A stretch of DNA of 64,000 nucleotides from Eutreptiella sp. 'Long Island Sound 2002' (Eukaryota > Protista > Euglenida): positions 168,950,001 through 169,014,000 of the forward strand of contig OZ038378.1 in the NCBI GenBank assembly GCA_964036045.1. The letters run 5' to 3'. The stretch's first letter is position 1. Every line of letters begins with the position of its first letter. Position numbers and translations under genes: made by a program. Of the stretch, positions 1 to 12,100 are shown piece by piece. The notes under the pieces are model-generated. The model was not told the DNA's origin. It ran no database searches and was given only the letters and a program-made list of their open reading frames with translations.

Positions 1-399
1 TCCCCAATACCGCTGCGGGCTTTTGTGCGAGTGCCTGGTGGACCAGGCTGCATCCCCGTGCCTTTGTTTCTTTCCTTTTCTTTCTTTCCTTTCTATCCCT
101 TTCTTGGTTGCGGTATGGGAGCGCAGAGCAGAGCGGGGCAGCCGACCCCAGAGACCGCCAGGCCCGAGACCTCTTTCCCACTGATCCCCCCCCCTAATGC
201 CCCCCCACAAGGCCCTGGCCACAAGCGTGTTGGTGAGCAAAATGGTGCGTTGTGTATGACAAGATATTGGCGCAGGGGTTCAGTGGAAATCATTCAGTAC
301 CCTACACCCACACAGGGCAACTGAAGAACTCCGGTGTTTCTTTGCATCTGACTTTTCCGAGGGCTGTCTGGAATAAACAACGTAGCGTGCCACAAGGGC

Positions 400-2130
400 A
401 GTCCCAGTGGATGGGAAATTCGAATACGAGCCCTCCTGGAGGACTCTCTCACGCTGGTAGCACTGTGATCTAGGCCGTTTCGGGGCACTTCAGCACCGGT
501 GGGGACATTAAGACCGCGCGTTTTGTTTGCAAAAGGAGGCAAAACAGCGAAATACATTCTTCGGAGGATTTTGTGGAGAAAGGTGCATGCGTATGCACGG
601 AGGCAGCGGCCCCCAAATCGAGAAGCCACGTGGATGGGATTGGCAATGAACACTTTTTATGGTGCCGATGTTGTGCGAGTGGCAAATGGGTCCCTGGCTA
701 TCAAACTGCAAAAGAATATCGTAAACAATGGGAAACGTGGAGGTGATCAATCATCAGCCACGCGAACCCTCACTGTGAAGAACAGGTGAGGGACATTGTG
801 GAGTACGGATAGTTCAACCAACCCTGCTATCTGCGCCGTTCTGGAGGCCTCCTTCTAGGGACTGGCGAAAGGGTGCGTCACAGAAGTGTCCAGTTTGACC
901 CTGAGGCACTAAATACGGTTGTGTTTCGGGAGTTCAAGCCGCTGTGAACAAATCTGTAGCATCTTCTGGAGCACCTTTTGTCAAATCTATGAATGTGCCC
1001 AGACTTGTAGACTTAAGACTTCCAAAAAACAGTGAAATACTGGTGCATGCGCCATGCTCTGCTGCATGACTTCCGTTGCAAATGTAAGGAGCAAGCTGTC
1101 CGCATACAAACATTTACACAAATCAACAGCGCATTCCGTACAGGAAAAATGACCATTGATGCACAAAAGGAAAGGAGTGGAGAAAAAGGATGCCTTGGTC
1201 TCGGCTGCTGCGAGAGCTACGTCTTTGACCACCGCATTGCCTATAAGAATGCAAATTTTTGGGGTGGGTCGGTATTCCACCGTTGCTGGGCCTGCCCATC
1301 CCGTTCAATACCTCAATTGAGGTGACCAACCCCTGCACTATGGGCTTTCTCCAAAAATTCTTTTCAATTTTAAAAAAAATCCGACCGCATTTGCCCTCGC
1401 TAATTATTGCAGGCCGTTGCTTTGGGCACCTCCATTCAAATTGCCCGAAGGGCGTAAGTGTTCGTCAGGGTGCATCTTGCCGTTCCATTCCCGTTTCGGT
1501 CCATGAGACGGCGGCTTGCCATCAGAAGTAACGCCCCCCCGCCCCCCCCCCCCCACTTACTCCGCCTTTTTGGCAACCCCCGCCCAGGGGGTACGTTGAA
1601 CATGGGTTCCCTGCTTAACCACATGGCTCCCAGCCATGGTCTTGAGTCCCGGCTCTCCTGGACTCCGGCAAAGAATGACCTTTCACCCTTGAAAGAGCCC
1701 ACGACATGAACACCTGTTTACTGAGGTCAAATGCATTCCACATCAATAAATTGAATTCTTTGTTGTCAGGAACGCTCACGGAATAATTGCACCAGAAATC
1801 AAGGAACATCTCTTTCTCTGGAACATGGAGGTGCAAAATGCACTAAGCTCCGGTTGGGGTTTGAATATCACTGGACGCAGTTCCCAACAAAACTGCAGGC
1901 TGTGGCGACAGCAGAGGGAGAAGTGTACCCTCGGAGATACCCTCGTCATTAACTCAGCAGAGGGCAAAATGCATCCTGGCTGGTGGGAGGTTTGGAGGCA
2001 ACCAGCCTCCAGGGTGGGGACAGCCTCACATTGTGAGGCAGGACGAGGTTCCACGGGACCCTTCAGGCCGAGCTTGGCATGTCTGAGAATAACATTTACA
2101 TCGCGACGTGGAGGCAACCGCACGGGGCCG
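400..2130 (+). mobile_element. Degenerate non-LTR retrotransposon (LINE) RT/C-terminal remnant
   Basis: Decayed RT-like motifs appear in the expected order across frames: LRPRVLF (RPIxLL), GKRGGDQSS (GxxQGDxxS), EYG* (YADD), KYGC (KYLG), GCLGL (GGLGL). Many stops and frameshifts. Confidence 0.45.
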
Positions 2131-2685
2131 ATTTCCCATTGATCTCTCCTCTACTCAGGATTTAAACTTGGGGCCTCTGATCCACCTGATCTGGTCCCCT
2201 GCGGATCAGAGCCGCCTCTCAAGACTTTCCGTTGAATAAGAGGTTCTAGGTTCGATTCCGGCCGCTTCCAATCCACCTTTTCACCTTCTGAGATACAGCT
2301 CCAAAAAATGGGCCAGACGCCGGATTATTACTGATAATAATGCCCTTTGCATGCGCGGTGCGCGGTGATGGCAGGCGCAAACAGTTGAGGACCCGACGGA
2401 AACACAGATAACGAGGAAGCACAAGCACCAGAGCTTCCGGTCCCGAGGGTGTCCCATGTGCCATCGGTGGTGGTGTCTGCCGTTAACGGCACCGCTCTAC
2501 ATACCCCCGGCGCAGGATCGTCGTTGATGCCGGGCCTCGTCGCATCCGTCTGCCAATACTTCTGTGCGACCTGAGACCGGACCCTCTACTGGGCTTTCAC
2601 CCCCACCACCCACACGCTTCATCAGCGCAAAGCGCCTGAACCCAATCCTCCCATTCTTCGCTCCATCACACACTTGACTTTGGAA

Positions 2686-2752
2686 CCTCCCTCCCTCCCT
2701 CCCTCCCTCCCTCCCTCCCTCCCTCCCTCCCTCACTCCCTCCCTCCCTCCCC
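2686..2752. repeat. (CCCT)n microsatellite; another at 33352-33416
   Basis: Directly visible. Confidence 0.95.
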
Positions 2753-3143
2753 ACCGTTTGAATCCGACCCCTGGAACGACATCCCAAAGCCTGCGTGTCA
2801 GGGAACGGATACACCCCCAACCGCTGGTTTTCAACGGCAAGTTCTTGTGAGCCGATGCAATGCGTTTGCTGCAGTGAGCTGGCCTGGCTGCAGTCACTGC
2901 CCACTGCCCCCGGGCAGTGCGGCGGTGTATAGCAGGAGTTCCACTCTCTGTGCTGTCTTCTCATCTCCATCCGGGTGCCACGCTCACGCAGTGTGCCACT
3001 GTCTTGTGCCAGACGGCCGCACGTGGTCTTGCGCTGTTGCAGACCCCCGACTGATTTACCGACCCTTTCCGGTGCGGCAGATGGCCGCGGGTGCACAGGG
3101 TACTGACAGGGAGTCTCCCCGGAGCAAGAGGGCAGAGCCATAC

Positions 3144-3195
3144 CGACTTGTCCACTGGGCGTTTCGAAGACGTTGCAGAATGCACTCAACATGTC
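3144..3195 (-). CDS. Probable calcyphosin-like exon (DMLSAFCNVFETPSGQV)
   Basis: ctgcag acceptor and GTATGG donor; resembles the C-terminal 'EFLxxFExxDGxV' segment. Confidence 0.6.
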
Positions 3196-6100
3196 CTGCA
3201 GATGAGGGCAGCAGTTCCACCGAAAGACCAGCTGACACGAGAGTACCTTCAGGGGGCGGAGGAGCATGGGGGCGGGACCGCCACCCACGACGCAAAACCG
3301 GGGGGGATGGCCTTTCCGTCGCACACCCTACACCCGGCCCGCCCGGCAGGGGACCATCCTCGATACAATGGGGATTCTTGTGGGGGGGAGGGGGGGGGCA
3401 ATCGTGGGTCTGGTGCATGCACGGTGCTTTCTGTGCACATGATGGCAACCCCCTGGCCATCTGTACAAACGAACCGGTCACAATGCAGCACAGTGTGCCC
3501 ACTCCCTACTGGCGCCGCTGGGCCTCACCACCAAAGGCCAGGGGAGTGAGCTTCAGTGCTGGACCGGGCGGGGGGCGGGGGAGGGGGGGGGCTGCCCCAA
3601 GAAAAGCTGGGCACCGCGTAGTACGACGTGCCCCCATCCCGGGGCTTTGTTGATCACCGGGTGGTGTTCGTTGGCGTCGTTGGTGTCATTTGTGTCTCTC
3701 GAGAGCGTGGAGGACGTGCGGTGGTGCTGGGGGAGAGTGGGACCCCGCCGGCAATGCGGCCCTGGTGCTGGCCGTGGAGGGGGGAGGACTGCAGCAGATC
3801 GGTCTGGTGGCTGGCGGCAGGGCACAAGGAGGAGGTGGCCCCCCTGCAATACCTCATCTTTCCACTGGGAATAGATCACACGGGGCGGGCTACAGGCCGG
3901 CGCACGGTCGGCCTGAAGGGCCGGGCCGGAAGAACAGTGGGGGAATTTGTGAAGGGCGAAGCAGGACACGGTTCCAAGAAGGTGCGGGAACAACACCTGA
4001 CAAGCGTGTTGTACTTGCGGGGGATTGGGGGGGGGGGGGCTTTCGAGCCGAGGGATGATGTCGGGGCTCACGAACCCGGAACATTGGAGGGCCCCCCGAC
4101 GTCTCCAGCGCTGCGGGTGGGCCCTGCTGCTACTCCTGCCCTTTTTTGTGACAGTTTGAGGGACAGAGGACGGCCTGATCTTGGCAGGTGGTGCTATGGG
4201 GGCTGTGGGGCAGTTTGGGTGTCATCGGTGCACAGTTTGCAGGCGGTTGGTTAGTGCTCAAGCCAAAGGCCCAAAAGGGGGTGCGGCGCAGCCTTCCTGA
4301 TTGCGTATCCCACTGTGCCCCAACATTGAAAATGCACATCCAGTCTGCCACTCCGATGGGTATCCCATCACCAATCACCAGGTGGCCCTCGAAATGGGCG
4401 ACTATCGCTTGCCAGAGCGCGCGGTGGGAAACAGACCTTCTCACTTTTGCGGCGCGACTGCACTTCAGGCATCCTGTGTATGGCGACGTACGGAGATGGA
4501 AAGCGGTTTTGTGGAGAAGGACTGAATACCACTCATGCCTCAGACAATGGGAACAAAACTGTGTTGCAGTGCTTCTTGACACCCAAGTTTTTTAATTGTT
4601 TGGGGGATGTAATGATTGTTGTGAGGGTGAAAAGCAAAATTCTATCCGCATAATAGCAGCTTGTAAAGAAACAAAACCAGGTGCGTCGATTGAAGAACCA
4701 CTCTTTCAAACCTAACCCAAATCTGTGCCCTTCATGCCCTCCCCGCATTGTACTGCAGATGAGTCCATCCCAGCCTCCCTGATGGACCTAGAACTTGCCA
4801 GCATTGGCAGGCAGAGATCACACTGTTGCAACAGAAACACGTCACTTGACAAAAGCACTTCATGACAACAGCCCTTTCGGTGCACCAATAGCCGCCTGCG
4901 GTGGGGGTGCGAGGCCCGCGTCACCTGTCCGGTTTGAAGGTGTTGGCCAGGTTGTCAAACAAGCAACAGCCGCTGTCCGTGGGGTCCAATCGGCCCCATG
5001 CTTGATTAATGATGTCCAGCTTGGCCTCACATACTTCGCCCTGCATCCAACAAATTGCACATGCTGACGCACGCGGGGACATGCGCATCGCAGGTCTCCT
5101 CGCCACGCCCCCCCCTCTCCGGCCATCCCTCACCTGTGCACCGCATCATTCACGGCCAGTCCCAAGTTCCCTCTGGCGGGGCGTTGCTCCGCTGGCCCAT
5201 TGCCGACACAATAGAGACACCATCACACTGGGACCGTGGGAGGCCCACACACTGCCACACTCCCTCGTGGTGCAGCCTGCCGCTGAAACCTCCGCCGCTG
5301 ACAAGGGGAGAGCGCAATAGGGCAATGTACAAGGGCATGAGGGAAAGTCGGCCTGCGTGCACAGGCACAAGCACATTTGAGCAACAGGTCGCATCACTTC
5401 GGGCCGACTCTGTGGACTGAGCATTGCCAGGCTGGCGATGCTTAACAGGGCCGTCTACTTCAAATGCCGACTGAAGTCCATTCGGCGCGGGGCACGTGAC
5501 TGTCATTGACCTCCGGCCGCTGTCACCTGTCATCTGTCATCCCCCAGTGGGAAGCAAAGGCAAGTCGCCCCGCATGCATCCCCATTACCACAGGGCGGGG
5601 GGGGGGGGTCCAGGAAGCAGCGAGGCATGGGGGGAATGCGAAGGGGAAAACAGCGGCAAAAAGCAGGGGAAAACGCTGGTCGCAGCATGCCATGGCGGCA
5701 CCCCAAAGGGAGGTCAGTGTACCGCATTCCGGTGTGTGCTTTGAAGGTCTGGCGGGGGTTTGGAATCCTCCAGAAATGGATGCAAAGCTGAATCTCCTGC
5801 TCTTTTTATCTTCCATTTTGGCTACGGCCTACTTTTACGAACAGGACCATCCACAGAACTCTTTGCTAGATGAGCCACACAGGCCATACACCGCACCATT
5901 GATTGATTGGGATACCGTGCCATGCGAGAAGCAACTGGAATGGGACAGCACCGCGCAGCAACCCCATCGGTGCTGAGCCCGTGATTCTGCTTCTTGAGGC
6001 TGTCATCGGAAGAGGCAACAAAAGCATGTCGCACAATTTACTGCTGACGTACATCAAGGGAAATGGCATCTTGGACGGGTACTGTGGGGCACAGCCCGTG

Positions 6101-9100
6101 TCCAATACCACGTGTGTGCGTGACCTGCGTGTTGGTCGATGTCAGTTGTAGGTTGGGGTGAGGGCTGCCCCGTGCAAGGACCCGCCCTGGCGTGAAGAAC
6201 CCCCAGAAAGCGGGGAGGGGGAGGGGTCTGTTTCCCACACTGCGCGGACCCCCCCCCCCAAAAGGAATTCTGGGCTATTGCATGTGTGCACAGGTGGCAG
6301 GCAGTACAAAGCGCAGCAAGAAAATCGGCTCGGCAGTGGCCTACAAGACCATAGGTCCCTTTCTGTCACAAGAGATGAGACGCGAAGATGCCCGTGGACA
6401 GGCCACCAACAGTTACGCCAGTGGATACGCAGCGGCACGGCAAAGAGCCCCCCAAGCCGTAGGCACCGGACCTGTTAATCAGCCCCCCCCACCCCCCCCA
6501 AGACCGTGTACATTGTGGCCAATTGCATGGCATGGCTTTGGTGGGTGATACGAATGGGGGCCGGCGGATCTATGGCGAGGAAGATTTACAAAGCAAAGGT
6601 TCTGCTCCGCTGCCACCCCCACCGGCCTTTGAGCACACGCCTCATACTCCCTTCTGCAGAAGAACACCACGAATGCGTGGGCGTTCCCAAGCACATCGCA
6701 GGTCGGTCTGTCCGCTGCCCCTTTCGAAGAGGTGGATGGACCTCGTCCTTGGGCCCTGCACTGGACATGGCTTGAGGGGACAGAGGCCTGCGCCGACAAA
6801 ACAGACCCGAACGGTTTCCACGAACTTCCTCACAACCATTTCATCGGGGCTCTCGGCCACCGAGTTGTACATCATCTCCAACTCCACGTCGGCCAAATTG
6901 CCCCCGACCCCGAGATCTCGGATGGCGTTGACCATCTGCCAGAGAGTCACTACGCCACTGTGACAGCGCGGGTAAGAGCATGAGTCCTCTGCGGAGGAGA
7001 GGCCGTGGGGCTCCCGTGGAAGACCCCTTTGCCCTTATCCCCCCCACCCGCTCTAAATGGGGCATAGGGCACAGGGGAATGACATCGGGGCACAGAGGCG
7101 CAAGCCCTGTGCCCTATGCACAGGCCTCTGCGCCCCAGTGCAGGCCGTGGGTCTGCTGCTTTCATCGAAGAGGATGTTGTTGTGTCACACCCGCGGCCTA
7201 AACGTTAGAGTACGGGTCGGCCCCTGTGCCGTGCCCCGCTGTGCCTTTGGAAATACATTTCTGCGGCTGTGGCCCAGGCATTGCGTACCGGCGGTTGTCT
7301 GCTGCATCTTTGATTGACCCTTTCGCTGGTCAGTCTCGTCGAAGCAAATTGGTGTCGTCTTTGTCGTTGTGTTTGTCTTGGCCTTTGTCTGGCAACAGTC
7401 GTGCGAGTGCACACAGAGCCCCCAAACACTTTGGTGGGCGGACGTTCACTTGCCGGGGCCGTTGAGGGGGGGGGGTGTGGGGGGGAGGGGAGGGGGGCTC
7501 GGAGGACACCCTCCCTCAAGGGGCTCAAACCCCAACTTCCCCTGAAATCACCCAAACTCGAAAAGCAAAAGAGCATCGGCACGACGTCCCCACAACTTCC
7601 GGAAGGTTGAGAGCCTTCTCTCGCATCCCCTGAGCCGTGGCGCAGGGAAGTGGGGCGTCACAGAGCCTCGCGGCTGTCGTCTGGGGCATACCCCTTGGTC
7701 TCATACCCGACGCCCACGACCCGACACTGCGTCAGAGTGCCATGAGTACCTCACGTTGGGCCTGTGGGTATATGACCTTGTGCCCTGATGTCACGTGCTC
7801 TCAGATGGGGGCTACACGTCCCTCATCAGCGGCCCCAACCACTGAATCCAACGGGGCGTACCCTGAAGGGAGGGGGCACCAAACCCATAGCCCCACGCCA
7901 CGCTCGGTGTGGAGGGCCTAACACTATGGGGCGTGGAATGTTTGCCACTCTGGCATGCCTGCATCTGTGGTGTCGCTTGTCCTTAAAACGGGACCTGGGG
8001 GTACCTGAACCGGCGACCAGTCGCTCATCGTCTGCATTGCCCATGAGCCATCTCCTGGCTACTGAACCCCAGGCAAACCCCTCTCTTGGCTCACCCCCTC
8101 CCTCCCGCATGTCCGTCGACCGAGCCTGACCGGCTTCACTCTCTGCCCTGGCCACTGGATGCCGTGCCGAGTCTCTCCCCAATCGCCCGCTCCACCGCGT
8201 ACCAGGGCCGGAACTAGTACCTTCCGATCGCCACTCCCCTGCTCCCGTGTGTACCAGGGTTCGGACCAGCTCTCCTGCTGCCACGTTCTCCCTGCTGGCG
8301 ACGGGACTCTTGGCCAAGCCTGCAGCCACTCGCTCGCTCCAGTGTGGCCGCGGGTTCGAACCGACGACCTTTGGCCGTGCATGTGCTGTGGCACCACCGA
8401 GCTACAGCACACAACTGCCAGCTGCCCCCAGCTCACAGGTATATTGCCTTGGCATCCTTGCTGTCCTCCCCCTTGGTGGGTTGCCCTTTGCTGCGCGCCC
8501 CTACTGGCGGCTCTGTCTCTAAGCCTATCAGGCCCCGTTGCCCATACGGGCGGCTCCTCTCAGCCAATCGGGGCCTCCTCGCCCATGCGGGCGGCTCTCG
8601 CCTGGGGCCAATCGGGGCCTTCTCTGCCCATATGGGCGTCATTGTCTCCGCTCGCGGCCGCCCGTTCATGGGCCCTCTCTGATGTCACCTGCACTGCTCT
8701 GCCCGAGGGGGAGCCCCTTGCGGCACCCCTGACTCCTTCGCCTCCGCCAGGCAATGGCGCCGTAGCCAGCCCACGCAATCGCTCCTCTGCCCGATCTTTT
8801 GCCTGTCAGGCAGGTCGCAGCGCATGGGGAGCATGTAACCGGAGGCCCCGCTACGGACGGCACCGATGTAATTTTCTGCAGAGGACACGGGGAAACGGGA
8901 CGGGGTCAGGGGCCATGTTCCCTCCCACCGCACCCCTTCGAAGGCTCTCCACGAGCGCAGCGGGTGCTCTCTTGCTCCCCCTCTGCGACCGTGCCAGGGT
9001 GCCTGCAGGAGCTTCCAGGCGCTACGTGCCCTTTGTTTGGACCACTCGGGGTCCCAGGAGCCGGCCGTCCAAGAAGGCGGGGCGGGGGAGGGGTCCTGCG

Positions 9101-12100
9101 TGGAGTCATGTGACGAAAGATTGATCACCCCCTTTCAACTTTCAAGAATTCGCACGCAGCGGCCCCAGGCCAGAGCCCGGCCCGGCACGGCACGACGCAC
9201 CTGCCCCTCGAGTACTTGTTCAGCACCGAATGCAGTGCCACAATCCCTTGGGCACCTGCAGGACACGATGGACGGGCAGCTGAGTGCCTGACAACTCTCA
9301 AGTGGCCTCGCGTGTCTGTTTGTGTGTTTGCGCGCCCCAAGTGGGGGGTGCATCGGCAGAGAACGGAGGGACACTTTGAGGGGGGCAGGAAGGAGGGGGT
9401 TTGCCAGGACTTCGACCAGAAAGCCCATGAGCAGCGGCATACGCAGAGGTCAACCCACACTGCCGACCGCCAACCGGGTCCAAACTTCCTTCACTACGAA
9501 GAAGGAGAGCAGAAAAAGATGTCCCTTATGGAGACCGCGACCTTGGAGGGGTGTTGTGACGTGTTGTGCAGAGTCAAAAGCAAATGACATCGTCCGATTC
9601 CGTGATTTGATTGTTCGATTATTCCGTTGGTGCATCAAATCCCTACAACGGTGGTTGGCAATCAAACGATGGGGATGGTAGTCATTTGACGACGGTTACT
9701 GAAGGTAAGCGGACGCTGTCAGCGATCGGCTTGGCGGTAAATTAGCGGTAAAACCGTTGTGTGCCTGCTGTTGGGTGTGTGTGCAGGCCATTGGGGTTCA
9801 CTTGCATGGGAATGCTGCCAAACAGTGGCTATGCAATGCCAACAAGTGACTGCCAACCGCCAATCAAGGCGCCTGGACTTTGTCTGATTTATACATACAT
9901 AAGACCTGCCTGCGAAAAGGAAGGGCTGGGTCCGACTTGAATATGGGGGCAGGATGCTCCCCAATGTGCCTGCAGTGCACACATGGTGCCCTGCTTGGGT
10001 TTCCTGTGGGGTCTCCGTTCCGTTGTCCTCCGGGTGGTGGAGCCAAGGCCATGGTCCTCACTACTGCCGCTTCATCCCGCTGAACGGCAAATCAATGGGT
10101 GGCAGACGGCAGGCGGCAACTTTACCCACAGCCGTCGTCGGTTCATTGACGGCGGTTGGCAGTGTGTCATAGGATCACAACTGCCATTCAGACCCCCCCC
10201 CTCAGTTCGCTCCCCCATTCTCCTGCGCCCAATCAACTTGTACTATGCTCTGCATCGGATCCCTTTGTACATGGGCAGTGCACAGGACCTCTCAGTGGAT
10301 GTGCATTGCCCAGGCTCCGCCTTGAATCAGGACTGCCGCAGGGCATGACTGGCAGTGCCGTTCATGGAGAGGCGGGGGTGTGCAGGGCTTGTGGGGTGTG
10401 GCAGAAAGGCCCCGCAAGTGTAAGCGGTGGTACTTCCTCGGGTACGCACCGCTTTTCAAGAGGAACTCGTCCACAATATTTGTCCGCAGACGGTGGGGAA
10501 TCGTATGTGTGGTAGACGCCAGTGGGACAATTGTCCCTCTGCTCACAGGTGCTCCTGCAGCCCCTCGGTGCCGGCATGCTTCACATGAGGTACAGTCAAC
10601 TCTCTGCCACTGACGTGGACACCCGGGGGGCGACCACAACTGGTCCTGATGCGACACCCCCCCAGCGACACCCCCCCAGCTATCTGTCAAAATTTTTGAG
10701 GGGGGGGGGTTGGGGCAGGGGGGGGGGGTATTGGCAGCTTGGCCGGGGGGGGGGGGGGCTGCGCGCAACCCACTACTATCACATGCATACCTCAAGGGGG
10801 TGTCTGGGGGCATGGGGGTATAGAGGTATGTAGTCTTTGCCAGGAAGAAAGTCTCAAGGGTCTTAAGGACTCAAGGCATAGTACCCCTCTCAACTAAGCA
10901 TGGGACAAAAAATTTGGCGCTGTTGGCGCCATGGCCCCTGCACCGCTATCTTTCAAAACTCGCGTACAAGGACCGGGCCCGGCTCCCCCCCCCCCCCCCG
11001 GGGCGTGGACAATGCACCACCGGGCCAGGGGCTTCGAGACTACCACTTGTTACACATCCGCAGGCAGCATTCCCAGGCATTTTGCCTTTTGGGGGAAGTA
11101 AGGGTGGCTTGGCACTGCGGTCTGTGGGCAACAGCTTACACCAGACGCACCGTGAGCAGCCCGTGCGCTGCTGCTCAGCATCGCCCGCCAACACGTGGGA
11201 GGGCTCTCGGCGAAACACCGAAAGTATTGACTGGCCCATTTTTCTTGCCTTTTGGCGTTTACCCGCTCTTGAGAGCCCCCAAAATTCTTTGCGCGGGTTG
11301 GGCGGTTGTGAGGGTTTGCCACAGGCTCTTGCTCTGGCAGAGGCCTGTGGAAGGACAGTTTGGTGTGCCACTGCGGTGCTGCGTTGAGTGGGTCGCACAG
11401 AGCGTGTGAGCCTGCCCCTCCCCCCGTCTGTCGGGTGATCTCGTATGGAGGCCTTTCCTCGTCACAACCCCAACGCTGAGGTGTGGAGCATTGTTTGGGG
11501 GGGGGGGTTTGGGAGAAGAGGCGATGGGCGGAATGCCCGCTACGTCTGCTGAGGGTGAGGGGGTCATGGGACGGGGAACAAAGAGCGCAGCCGCATGGTC
11601 TGTATGGGGACATCAAAGGGCCGAGGGGCACAAGAGGAAAAGACCCGTGCCCCCGCGCGCTCCTTCAATGCTGCCCCACCTGAACCCCCTGCACAAAACG
11701 GCGCAGCACACCTCTGTACGTCAAGATATTGCGCAGTTTGTTGAAGAGGTAGCACAGCAGTTCAGGGGGGTCATCGGCGCCAATGGCTTCCTGCAGAGGG
11801 GAGGAGGGGTGTGGCCATGCCTGAATCCAGTAGCAGATCCCGACCCGAAGCACTGCACTGACTGGACTGCAGATGTGTACGCGGGGACGGTGATGCATGT
11901 CCAATTGGGAGAAACTTTGCCAACCGGCGTCAATGAACCAACAACTGCTGCACAACTGCTACAACTGCCGCCTGCCATCAATTGGCCCCTGAGTTCCCGT
12001 TCGGCTGAGGGGGGGATGTGAGGGCTTCGCTCCATAAGCCTTGGAGGGACTGACCCCGGCAAGACCCCAGCAAGGCCCGCCGCGCTGCAGGAGGGCTGCA

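Noticed and set aside
2200-2272. tRNA gene (GGTTCGATTCC...CCA)
   Set aside because: A B-box-like motif is present, but the T-stem pairs poorly and there is no A box or cloverleaf
6642-6950. Reverse transcriptase fragment (LGV...MY...CPL)
   Set aside because: The GT-AG boundaries and phases join it cleanly to calcyphosin exons 9201 and 5040, so it is an EF-hand exon
11959-11961. Stop-codon reassignment (TAG read as Gln)
   Set aside because: None of the other reconstructed exons contain in-frame TAG or TAA, and Gln is encoded by CAG/CAA throughout
11491-12021. + strand ORF containing QDIAQFVEEVAQQFRG
   Set aside because: Antisense shadow of calcyphosin exon 11712-11790
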